The translations under genes and the position numbers were made by a program. DNA of 36,339 nt from a virus (taxonomy: Duplodnaviria > Caudoviricetes): positions 1-36,339 of the IMG/VR virus record IMGVR_UViG_3300048599_000813; one strand, 5' to 3'. Of this stretch, positions 1 to 7,928 are shown in pieces. Under the pieces are notes generated by a model. That model was not told the DNA's origin. It searched no databases and saw only the letters and a list, made by a program, of their open reading frames with translations. Within the stretch, counting starts at the first letter, position 1; each line of letters starts with the position of its first letter.

Positions 1-813
1 TCATGGGGAACCCTCCTGACAAATGAGCGCGATGGAAAGGTTGTCTTGGCAAGCGAAGTCGCCGTCGTTCCACGCTTCCGCCATTTGGGCGAGCAGTTCG
101 GTACAGACCGCGCCCAGGTCTTCAGGCCGCATGGCGCGAATCCGCTCAACCTCTGAGAGGAGGCTCTCGTGCTCTACGAAGTCCGCAATGCCATCGGATG
201 CGATCAGAACAGTCCCGCCGGGGCGGAGTACTCCGGTCCTCGGTTCTCCGAGGAGGGTCCTTCCAATCGCTGATGTCAACGCTCCATCGCCCGATCGCTG
301 AGGAGCAAGCCAGGTGCGAACTCGGGCTGACTCCGACACTGCAACCCCGAGGCCGTCGCCCACATGGACCCACGCGGTGTGCGACGCGGTTGAAACGACA
401 AGGATCAGGGTCGTGCCCATGTCCTGACACTCTTCGGAAGCCGCTGCGGCGGCGGCCACTTCGTCGATCGCAGCCGCGAATCCAGCCTCAACAGCTCTCC
501 GAGCATCGCCCCCATCGCCGTGGTCTAGTACGTAGCGCACGACACCTCGTGCGGCTCCGGACACGGCGACGAATGACGCGACTTCCGCACATCGAGTCGA
601 TCCGATGCCGTCGGCCACAGCCGCCACCAGATATCGCTCGCCGCAAGGCGCATCGACGCTGAACGCCGCGCAGAAGTCCTGGTTCGCTTGCGGAATCCGG
701 CCCCGCATCGTCGCCATGCCTGCATGCCGATCATCGACACCGACGCCAGGATACTCTCTGGCGAGATCGACAAGCAGCGCAGTTGGGGATGATCTTATCG
801 CGCGCACGTTCAT
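1..813 (-). CDS. PP2C-family (PPM) Ser/Thr protein phosphatase
   Basis: Motifs NQD, AVADG, GTT, HVGD, IASDG and QDN in the correct order; ATG at 813 with a GGAGA RBS, overlapping the upstream stop (ATGA). Confidence 0.88.
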   Translation of the reverse strand: MNVRAIRSSPTALLVDLAREYPGVGVDDRHAGMATMRGRIPQANQDFCAAFSVDAPCGERYLVAAVADGIGSTRCAEVASFVAVSGAARGVVRYVLDHGDGGDARRAVEAGFAAAIDEVAAAAAASEECQDMGTTLILVVSTASHTAWVHVGDGLGVAVSESARVRTWLAPQRSGDGALTSAIGRTLLGEPRTGVLRPGGTVLIASDGIADFVEHESLLSEVERIRAMRPEDLGAVCTELLAQMAEAWNDGDFACQDNLSIALICQEGSP

Positions 814-1493
814 GTCGTGGTCTCCAGTTCGTGAACTTCCAGAACTCGATGTGGTGGGTTGATTCCCAGAGAAGCGAGGTAGCTCTCCGCCTCTGACGTA
901 ATCGCATCCGCAACACACGGCATCGGATGCACGATCACCGGGCTCGGAGTCGCGGTGGCCACAGCCGGCGGAGTGACGGCCACTTGCTGGGCCGAGCTCG
1001 CGTCGCAGATCCTCCTGAGGCCACCGAGGGACAGGTGGCACAGAAGCAGCATCCCGCAGACGCCACCAGCGTACTGCCCTCCGACATATCCGTGCGCTGA
1101 TCCGTTGTTCGCCGCTTCGGAAAAGATTCGCTGGACCGGCTTCTGTGCCGCGACCCGTAGCTTGAACGGACTGTTAGGGTGCTCTTGAAGGTAGCCGTAG
1201 GTCTGCACGCCAGCGCTGGCCGCGAGTCCCAACGACAAGAGCGGAAAAACCCCGATGGCGACTCGCTTCCACGACTTCGGCCCCCCGGAGACTATTCCAG
1301 CGCCGAGCCTTCCAGCCAGTGTCGAAACGAGCCCGCACCCTCCTCCCAAGGCGGCGATCACCCCTGTCGCGCAGACGAACGCCACGAGGAAACCGAAGGC
1401 ATAGCCCGCCGCCGAGATCACGAGCACCACTGCGAGCGCCAGCAGCGCCAGTGCCAGCAGAATGCCGCAAATGACTTTGGCAACCTCCGCCAT
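810..1493 (-). CDS. Multi-pass membrane protein of unknown function
   Basis: About four hydrophobic segments plus a soluble C-terminal tail; coupled to the PP2C gene by ATGA. Confidence 0.65.
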   Translation of the reverse strand: MAEVAKVICGILLALALLALAVVLVISAAGYAFGFLVAFVCATGVIAALGGGCGLVSTLAGRLGAGIVSGGPKSWKRVAIGVFPLLSLGLAASAGVQTYGYLQEHPNSPFKLRVAAQKPVQRIFSEAANNGSAHGYVGGQYAGGVCGMLLLCHLSLGGLRRICDASSAQQVAVTPPAVATATPSPVIVHPMPCVADAITSEAESYLASLGINPPHRVLEVHELETTT

Positions 1494-1733
1494 GCAGAGG
1501 AAGACGCTCGAAGTTCATCGCGGTGCGCAACCCCGCGCGGTTTCGGGAAGCCAATTACCCACCCAGCGTCATCAACCGCGCGTTCAGTGCAGCACTACCA
1601 AGCGGTGTCCGAATACAGCCAGTGTCTGCTATCGATCCATACGGGAACCAAGGCGGTAGCGAGGGACGCGACGGGCCGCTTTTCGTCGAGGTGGGCAAGG
1701 ACCCCCGCACGCTTCTCGACTAACGAGTTCGCG

Positions 1734-2408
1734 TTAGGTGTTTGCCACCCACAGCCCGTTGTGCCGTCGGCGATTCGCCTCAACCCACGTCCCGGCAAAG
1801 AGATGCGCCGCTTTCAGGAACAACGGGGCGTCGGGATTGGACTTCGACTCTCCGACCGTCGGGTGGAAGTACGCCGGCGGGTACAGAGCCACGTCGTCGT
1901 ACTGGGTGACCACCCGGGCGATCAGCCCCGGCCCGGCCTGGTCGCCGACGTACCGGCGCTCGAAGAACGACTCCTCGACCATCGCCACGGCATGCCACAT
2001 CGCCGGGTGGTTGGGCGGGAAGCCCATCGCGGCGTTGGTGACGATGTCGAGTTGCTCGCAAGCCGCCCACGCGACGACCTCGGGCGGGCACATCTCGTCC
2101 AGCGGCCGTACGGGCTTCACGTCGGTGTCGAGGTAGACGCCGCCGAAGCGGGCCAGGATCTCAAGCCGCAGGATGTCCGACCGCATCACGCAGCCGGGCG
2201 TGCCGCCGACGTTGCCGCAGGCGTCCCAGACGTTGCGATTGAGGATCGGCGGCAGGTTGTCGTCCGTCCACAGCCGCATCTGCCAGTGCGGGTTCATCTC
2301 GGCGAAGCGTCGCCGCCAGCGCCGCTGATTGAGCGGCATCTCGCCCTTACCCAGCCAGATCTGGTGCAGGACCCGCGGAATCGAGGTGGAGCGTGTGGTC
2401 ATGCTCAC
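1734..2408 (-). CDS. GT32 / OCH1-like DxD glycosyltransferase
   Basis: IPRVLHQIW, RSDILRLEILARFGGVYLDTD and AGPG motifs, with a C-terminal H-x-x-x-x-x-W; start is GTG 2408 (overlaps upstream stop) or ATG 2402. Confidence 0.88.
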   Translation of the reverse strand: MSMTTRSTSIPRVLHQIWLGKGEMPLNQRRWRRRFAEMNPHWQMRLWTDDNLPPILNRNVWDACGNVGGTPGCVMRSDILRLEILARFGGVYLDTDVKPVRPLDEMCPPEVVAWAACEQLDIVTNAAMGFPPNHPAMWHAVAMVEESFFERRYVGDQAGPGLIARVVTQYDDVALYPPAYFHPTVGESKSNPDAPLFLKAAHLFAGTWVEANRRRHNGLWVANT

Positions 2409-3028
2409 GCCACCACCTCCGCAGCCTTCGCCTGCACGAAGGCGAACGCCCCGCCGTGGGCCTTGGCGGCTTCTTCGCCCTGCTCGAAGAGCGCCCAGTG
2501 GAACGGCACCACGTCGCGGAAGTGCCCGTGGTCGCGCACGACGCGGGTGAGGAACCCCGGCCCGCTCTGGTCCCACACGCCGCGATAAACCAGCACCGAG
2601 TGCGGCAGGTCACGGATCGCATGCCAGAGCATCGGGTGGTTCCGCGTTGCGCCGAGCACCGATGGCGAGAGCATGTGCGGGCGGCTCGCGCCGTGGCTGG
2701 CGATCGTGGAACAGAACGCACCGACGCTCGCGACGAGTTCATCGAGCGGGCGCAGCGGCAGTCGGTCCGGATCGACAAAGACGCCCCCCTCGCGGGCCAG
2801 CACCTCGTAGCGGAGCAGGTTCAGCCGTGCCGCCGAGGCTGCGGGCTCGCTGAGCCCGAAGGTCTGCTGCCACTGGTCGTAGTTCAGGATCGGCGGCTTG
2901 GTGTCCAGCGTGAGCGTCATCACATCCCACTCGGGGTGCATGGTCTGCCACGCGTGCCGCCACCCGGTGAGCCGCTGCTTGTCAGGAGTCTCGCTGAGGT
3001 CCGCCGTGTAGATGACCTTCGGAATCAC
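2405..3028 (-). CDS. Divergent GT32-like glycosyltransferase, paralogue of the adjacent gene
   Basis: IPKVIY, RLNLLRYEVLAREGGVFVDPD, HPMLWHAI and DQSGPGFLTRVV align by eye to the neighbour; GTG 3028 overlaps the upstream TGA. Confidence 0.8.
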   Translation of the reverse strand: MIPKVIYTADLSETPDKQRLTGWRHAWQTMHPEWDVMTLTLDTKPPILNYDQWQQTFGLSEPAASAARLNLLRYEVLAREGGVFVDPDRLPLRPLDELVASVGAFCSTIASHGASRPHMLSPSVLGATRNHPMLWHAIRDLPHSVLVYRGVWDQSGPGFLTRVVRDHGHFRDVVPFHWALFEQGEEAAKAHGGAFAFVQAKAAEVVA

Positions 3029-4527
3029 GCCTTTGCCTCCTGTTCGATGCCGCTGCTGAGACTGCGCACGCCACTCTGCTGCCACTTCGCCGGAGGCACG
3101 CCCTCCATACCGCCCTCGATGAACGACGATGCGCCTTCGCCCAGCGCCACCGACTGCTGAGCGCTGCCGGAGCCCGAGCCGGAGCCGGGCGGGCCGGAGC
3201 CGCTGTCGCTGCCGCTTGATGAGCCCGACGAGCTGCCGGAGCTCGATCCCGAGCTGGACCCTGAGCTCGACATGGACGAGCCGCTGGACTTGCCGCTGCC
3301 GGAGCCGCTCCCGCTCGACGACCCGGACCCGGAGCCTGAACTCGACCCTGAACCCGACGACGATCCGGACCCGCTCTGCTGCGTGGCGGGCATGTCGTTG
3401 TGAATCCACACGCCGCCCGCCAGGAACACGTTGAGTCCGGGCACATGCACAGCGACGGTCGTCACGCGGTCGCCCGACCGCTGGACCGTCCCGACCAGCT
3501 CCTCGCTCAGGTCCTGACGCACGAGCGCATCGCCGACCTGTACGAACTCCGCCGACGCGAAGCCGATCTCCTCGTTGCGCTTCAGCAGCACCGGGTGCTC
3601 GGGTGTGAGGCGCAGGCGGCCGTTGATGGTGACGAATCCCTCGTGCGATCCGATCTTCACGCTGCCGACCATGCCGGTAACGGGCGTGGGCGCGGCTTCC
3701 GCCCATGGACGGAGCCACTGGTATTGGGCTCGCCACGGCACGTCGCGGTCCAGGCCCGCCACGTCGAGCGCCGCGAGACGGTCGCCCGGCTGGAGCGCCT
3801 CGACCGGCTTGGTCGAACCGTCGGCGAGCACCACCGGCGTGCCCGCGAGGACGCAGTTGGAGCCGGGTCCGGAGCCGCCGGGTCCGCTCCCGCCCGGGCC
3901 AGAACCACCCGGCCCCGAGCCGCCAGGCCCGGACCCGCCTGGACCCGACCCACCGGGGCCGCTGCCGCCGCCGCTGGATCCGCCGCCGCCCGACGACCCG
4001 CCTCCGGACGATCCGCCGCCCGATGAGCCGCCGGAGGATCCGCCCGACGACATGCCAGAACTTCCACCGGAGGAGATGCCCGACGATGCCCCCGAACTCG
4101 CACCGGAGGACATGCCACTCGACGCACCCGACGAACTCCCGCCACCGGAACTGCTCATGCCCGATGAGCCCGTGCTCGACGGGGTCTGCGAACTCGTCGG
4201 CGTCTGCGACGAGTCGGTGGTCATCCCGCTGGATGACATCGGGCCACTGCTCGACGGCGTGTGTGTCGTCCCCGGCGTGTTGCTCGTGAACGCGCCGGTG
4301 GTGTAGAACGTGAGCGTGGGCGTGCCGCCAGGCCCGGTCGTGTAGATCACATCGCCCGTCGTTGAGTAACTCGGCGGCATGCTCGGCGTGCTGGTCGGCG
4401 TCGAGTACGTGCTCTCGGGTGTCGAGCCCGACGGCGTCGAGTAGTTGCTCGACCCGCCGCCCTGCGGAGCGCGGCCCGTCGCCCAGACGGGGATGTAGAG
4501 GTAGTACCGCGTGGGGCCGTCGCTCAT
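3025..4527 (-). CDS. 500-aa Ser/Gly/Thr-rich protein with a central Hint (intein-like) domain
   Basis: Block A CVLAGTPV, PGD, block B LRLTPEHP and terminal FLAGGVWIHN (aa 225-377, nt 3855-3397), with low-complexity arms on both sides; ATG 4527 has a GGAGG RBS and an ATGA overlap. Confidence 0.85.
   Translation of the reverse strand: MSDGPTRYYLYIPVWATGRAPQGGGSSNYSTPSGSTPESTYSTPTSTPSMPPSYSTTGDVIYTTGPGGTPTLTFYTTGAFTSNTPGTTHTPSSSGPMSSSGMTTDSSQTPTSSQTPSSTGSSGMSSSGGGSSSGASSGMSSGASSGASSGISSGGSSGMSSGGSSGGSSGGGSSGGGSSGGGGSSGGGSGPGGSGPGGSGPGGSGPGGSGPGGSGPGGSGPGSNCVLAGTPVVLADGSTKPVEALQPGDRLAALDVAGLDRDVPWRAQYQWLRPWAEAAPTPVTGMVGSVKIGSHEGFVTINGRLRLTPEHPVLLKRNEEIGFASAEFVQVGDALVRQDLSEELVGTVQRSGDRVTTVAVHVPGLNVFLAGGVWIHNDMPATQQSGSGSSSGSGSSSGSGSGSSSGSGSGSGKSSGSSMSSSGSSSGSSSGSSSGSSSGSDSGSGPPGSGSGSGSAQQSVALGEGASSFIEGGMEGVPPAKWQQSGVRSLSSGIEQEAKA
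3859..3960 (-). repeat. Coding tandem repeat (GPGGS)x6 + GPGS
   Basis: 15-bp periodicity with varied synonymous codons, ending one Asn before the Hint Cys1. Confidence 0.9.
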
Positions 4528-5438
4528 CGTGCGGCCTCCTGTGGCGGGGCGCTCGCCTTGGGGTTGGGCTCGTACCACCCGTCGGTGCGGATGGGCTTGC
4601 CGCACTCGGAAGCGGCCGCCTTCACCGCGTCCTCGAAGGCCATCTTCTCAAAGACCTCCAGGGCGCTTCCGGGCGAGCAATTGACCACGCGGAAGCGGTG
4701 CTTCTCGAAGTGGGGCTTGAGCGCCTGGAACCGGCGCGACAGCGAGTCATACAGCACGTTGTTGTGCCGGATCGCGTTGGCCGCGCGGTGCTCGTCGAAG
4801 GCGTACTTGCGCTCGGCGTCCATCTTGAAGTCGCAGCCGAGCAGGTACACCGTGCTGAAGCCGAGGTAGTGCAGCAGCCGGAGGGCGACAAGCATGACCG
4901 AGCGCTTGCCGGTGATGCCCAGCGAGTCGGGGTTCTTCGCGTCGTTGCCCCATGAGACCGTGTCCCCTGTGAGGAATCGCTCGTGGTCGAAGTGGTCGCT
5001 GCGGCGGAAGAACAGCACGCCGGGCATCTGGTGGACCTTGAACGCGCTGTTCCGCAGCGTGCCGTCGGGGTTCATCACCTTGAGCCGCTTGTCCCACATG
5101 CAGGTCGGCACGAACTTCAGGATGCCCGGATCCTTCCAGCCCACATCGATGAAGCGCCCGGGGTCATCAACGCAGGTCCAGAGCGTCGGACGACGCACGG
5201 ACCAGGCGTTGTTGACGGCCATCGTGACGATGCCGCGGGCATCGAGCAGCGACAGGTCGACCTGCTTGAGCGAGGGCCCGGAGAGCATCAGGAACGAAGA
5301 CCGGTCCCGGTAGAACCCGCTGAGCGACACCGACTCGAATGTCGGCGGGGCGGTGTAGAGGCGCAGGCCATCACGGGCGGGCTTGCGCGCCTTGAGCCCA
5401 GCCTGCAATGCCGCGATGTCGGACTGGTTCTCACGCAC
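4524..5438 (-). CDS. Maf/DUF115/GT42-like nucleotide-sugar transferase
   Basis: LSGPSL...MAVN...P...CVD...SVMLVAL...LGFSTVYLLGCDF...VVNCS pattern typical of the CstII/Maf-like fold; start GTG 5438 (alternative ATGs just upstream). Confidence 0.72.
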   Translation of the reverse strand: MRENQSDIAALQAGLKARKPARDGLRLYTAPPTFESVSLSGFYRDRSSFLMLSGPSLKQVDLSLLDARGIVTMAVNNAWSVRRPTLWTCVDDPGRFIDVGWKDPGILKFVPTCMWDKRLKVMNPDGTLRNSAFKVHQMPGVLFFRRSDHFDHERFLTGDTVSWGNDAKNPDSLGITGKRSVMLVALRLLHYLGFSTVYLLGCDFKMDAERKYAFDEHRAANAIRHNNVLYDSLSRRFQALKPHFEKHRFRVVNCSPGSALEVFEKMAFEDAVKAAASECGKPIRTDGWYEPNPKASAPPQEAAR

Positions 5439-6030
5439 CGCAGCACCCCCCATCACTCTTGAACCGCCCGACGATGTAGCGGGACCCCGCCTGGGGCCTG
5501 CAAGCGACGCCGACGCGGGCGATGCGCTCCAGCCACCAGTCCAGCGGCCGCACCGTCGGGTGCAGACCCTCTCCGGCGACGGTGGTCGTGCTCGGCCGCG
5601 TGCAGATCGAGAAGATGAACCGCCCGCGCGGCACCGCGACGCGGCGCATCTCCGCGAGCGTGAGATCCACGTCCTCGGGCAGGAGGTGCTCGAGGGCGTC
5701 GAAGCTCGTCACCACATCGGCGATGCCCGCCTGCAGGGCGGTCGCGTGCATGGGGCGCACGAGGTCCGCTTCGGGGAAGGCAAAGTCGACGCCCAGCCCG
5801 TCGATGCCCAGGCGCCGCAGCTCGCGCACAAGGTCGTTGCGGCCGCAGCCGAAGTCCACCACGAACCTCGGCTTGCCCTCCTGGATGAGCGGGATCGCCG
5901 CCCGGCCGTGGTTTGTCGAGCCGTACGTCGAGCCGGGCTTGTTCGCCAGCGCGAGGTACTTGGCCAGCTCCCTGGCACGCTTGGCATCCAGCGGCGTCGC
6001 CGGTGCGGGTGTGGTCGGCGTGGTCGTCAT
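5431..6030 (-). CDS. Class I SAM-dependent methyltransferase
   Basis: VVDFGCG motif I, GLGVD, DVVTSFDALEHL and H-x-TV-x-P-x-x-WW; ATGA overlap with the upstream gene. Confidence 0.85.
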   Translation of the reverse strand: MTTTPTTPAPATPLDAKRARELAKYLALANKPGSTYGSTNHGRAAIPLIQEGKPRFVVDFGCGRNDLVRELRRLGIDGLGVDFAFPEADLVRPMHATALQAGIADVVTSFDALEHLLPEDVDLTLAEMRRVAVPRGRFIFSICTRPSTTTVAGEGLHPTVRPLDWWLERIARVGVACRPQAGSRYIVGRFKSDGGCCGA

Positions 6031-7067
6031 TCGGCACCTCCGATGTAGAGGTTGAACTTGCGGTCCTCGTCGGCGGGGTCGGCGATCTCGATCAGGCTCA
6101 TGGCCTCGAAGACCCACACCGGTTTGCCCCGGCTGTTGCGCTCACAGGTCATCTGCACGCACACGCCTTCGGGGATCGGCACGAGCTTGGGCTTAAGCGA
6201 CCGCGCGGGCGGGCACTTGGGCAGCACGCCCGGGAGCTCGCACACCGGGCCCAGCCCGAGCAGGCCGCCGAACCCGGAGCCGGGCTCGGAGTCGTTCATG
6301 TGGTGGGCCTCGAAGCGGTTGATCGCCAGGCGCGTGGGGTCCTCGCCGCCGCTGGGGGCCTGCGACGTCAGACCGTTCTCGACCGGCACGTAGCGCAGGT
6401 AGTCCGGGCTTCCGGGGTTGCCGTCGATCTGAGCCTCGACCCACGGGTAGCGCCAGCGGTTGCGCTCGGTGGGGATCGGCTGGGCCACGCCGAGTATCGC
6501 GGTGATGCGTCCCGGCGAGGGGCGGCCGAGCTCGATCACCGCCCACTTCTCGCCGGTGCCAACCTCCTTCCACAGGATCGGGATGCCGCCCATGGGCGTG
6601 CTCGCCAGGACCGTCTCGTCGGCCGCGAGCTCGCAGGTGGTGTCGGTCTCGTTGGTGATGTAGACCCGGGCGGTTGTCACGCCGGTGAGCACGCAGGGAC
6701 CGAGGGCATTGGGTTTGATGGGCTGGAGCGTCACCGCGAAGGCGAGCGTGTCGGACTCCTCGGTCGCCACATCGCCCGTCAGAGGCGTGCGGCTGTGGAA
6801 GGTCCGCTCCTGATCGTCCTCACCGGGCTCGACAAGCACGCCGGTGATCGCCAGCGCGTGGTGCGGCTCGATCAGTTCGTCCGAGTCGTTGCGGACCAGC
6901 ACCACGCCGATGCCACGCTGCGCGGATTCGACGAGCGGCCCCGCGACGGCCTGGCCCCGCCCCTGTCGCGTGCGCAGATCGACCGCCGCATCGACGAACG
7001 CGTTGTACGCGCCCGCGGGGATGCGGAGCGGCTGGCCGGAGCGGACTTTGCGGAGGTCGTCGGGCAT
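6027..7067 (-). CDS. Putative minor tail / tail-tip protein
   Basis: 346-aa ORF, second gene after the tape measure; beta-rich appearance; function inferred from position only. Confidence 0.55.
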   Translation of the reverse strand: MPDDLRKVRSGQPLRIPAGAYNAFVDAAVDLRTRQGRGQAVAGPLVESAQRGIGVVLVRNDSDELIEPHHALAITGVLVEPGEDDQERTFHSRTPLTGDVATEESDTLAFAVTLQPIKPNALGPCVLTGVTTARVYITNETDTTCELAADETVLASTPMGGIPILWKEVGTGEKWAVIELGRPSPGRITAILGVAQPIPTERNRWRYPWVEAQIDGNPGSPDYLRYVPVENGLTSQAPSGGEDPTRLAINRFEAHHMNDSEPGSGFGGLLGLGPVCELPGVLPKCPPARSLKPKLVPIPEGVCVQMTCERNSRGKPVWVFEAMSLIEIADPADEDRKFNLYIGGAE

Positions 7068-7079
7068 GATGTGCGGGGG

Positions 7080-7898
7080 TCAGATCCCCAGTGCTCCGAA
7101 GTTGGCCTGGTCGTACACGCGCTCGACGTACGCGGCGATGGGTTTCTTGATGATCGCGCCCGAGCCCGAGTCCTCCGCGTCGGCGTAGCGGACCCACAGG
7201 TACTCCCACCCCTTCTTGTTGATCCCGGTCACCGGGCCGACGGTCAGGTTGGTCTGGTTGGGGCTCGCGGCGAACCGGAACGTGATCTCCCAGTCTTCAT
7301 CCGGGCCGTCGCCGCGTTTGGAGCCCGTCGCACCGAGGAAGAGCACCTCGCCGGCCGCGAACCCGCGGAACGAGCCGGCGTTGGTCTTGCCCGTGCAGGA
7401 GAAGATCGCGCCCTTGTACGAGGCGGTGACCTGCGCGTCCGTGAAGTAGTGCGTCTCGGAGAACTGGTAGACCGGGACGGTGATGTCGACGCCCTCGACG
7501 CCGTCGGCGGTGACGCCGATCGCGCCGCCGAAGTCGGGCGCGGTGGTGCCGGGTGCGGGCCGGCGCTGCATGGTCTGCAGGCTCTGGGTGATGTGCTGCG
7601 TCCCGCCGCCGGTCTCGAACGTGAACGAGGACTCGCTCGGGGTGCTCGTGCCGGTGGAGGCGTTCTGGCTGTAGCGGACGGTGACATCCCACAGCTGCGG
7701 GCCGATGGGCTCGATCTGGATGGTCTGGCGAGGGAGCGTGTCGTAGGTCGCCGGGGAGGCCGCCTGCGCCGCGGTGCGGGCCGCGAGGTCGTCGGCGGTG
7801 CCGCGCACGATGTAGCCGAGCTCCGCAGATGACTGCGAGGCTTGGTTCGCCTTGGTGGAGCGGCGGCTCTCGAACTTCTCAAACACCTCGACCGGCAC
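7080..7898 (-). CDS. Putative distal tail / hub protein
   Basis: 272-aa Thr/Gly/aromatic-rich ORF directly after the tape measure, with an AGGAG RBS. Confidence 0.6.
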   Translation of the reverse strand: MPVEVFEKFESRRSTKANQASQSSAELGYIVRGTADDLAARTAAQAASPATYDTLPRQTIQIEPIGPQLWDVTVRYSQNASTGTSTPSESSFTFETGGGTQHITQSLQTMQRRPAPGTTAPDFGGAIGVTADGVEGVDITVPVYQFSETHYFTDAQVTASYKGAIFSCTGKTNAGSFRGFAAGEVLFLGATGSKRGDGPDEDWEITFRFAASPNQTNLTVGPVTGINKKGWEYLWVRYADAEDSGSGAIIKKPIAAYVERVYDQANFGALGI

Positions 7899-7928
7899 GA
7901 GCGATGAACTCCTTTTCTGGGGTGGGGA

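Noticed and set aside
1179-2588. Long plus-strand ORFs (this one, 5913-7832, 22513-24057, 32325-34055) and the 985-aa minus ORF 20486-23443
   Set aside because: Shadow frames of well-supported genes in high-GC DNA; Arg/Gly-rich and without motifs.
3029-3736. N-terminal extension of the 443-aa ORF 2405-3736
   Set aside because: It is an alternative frame of the Hint gene; the glycosyltransferase homology begins at GTG 3028.
3859-4200. Short periodic repeats as a CRISPR array or DGR template
   Set aside because: They are degenerate in-frame coding repeats without spacers; no cas or reverse transcriptase gene is present.
3025-4527. Hint protein as a polymorphic toxin or a selfish intein
   Set aside because: The C-arm is Ser/Gly low-complexity with no toxin fold, no immunity gene follows, and there is no +1 nucleophile, endonuclease or conserved host protein.
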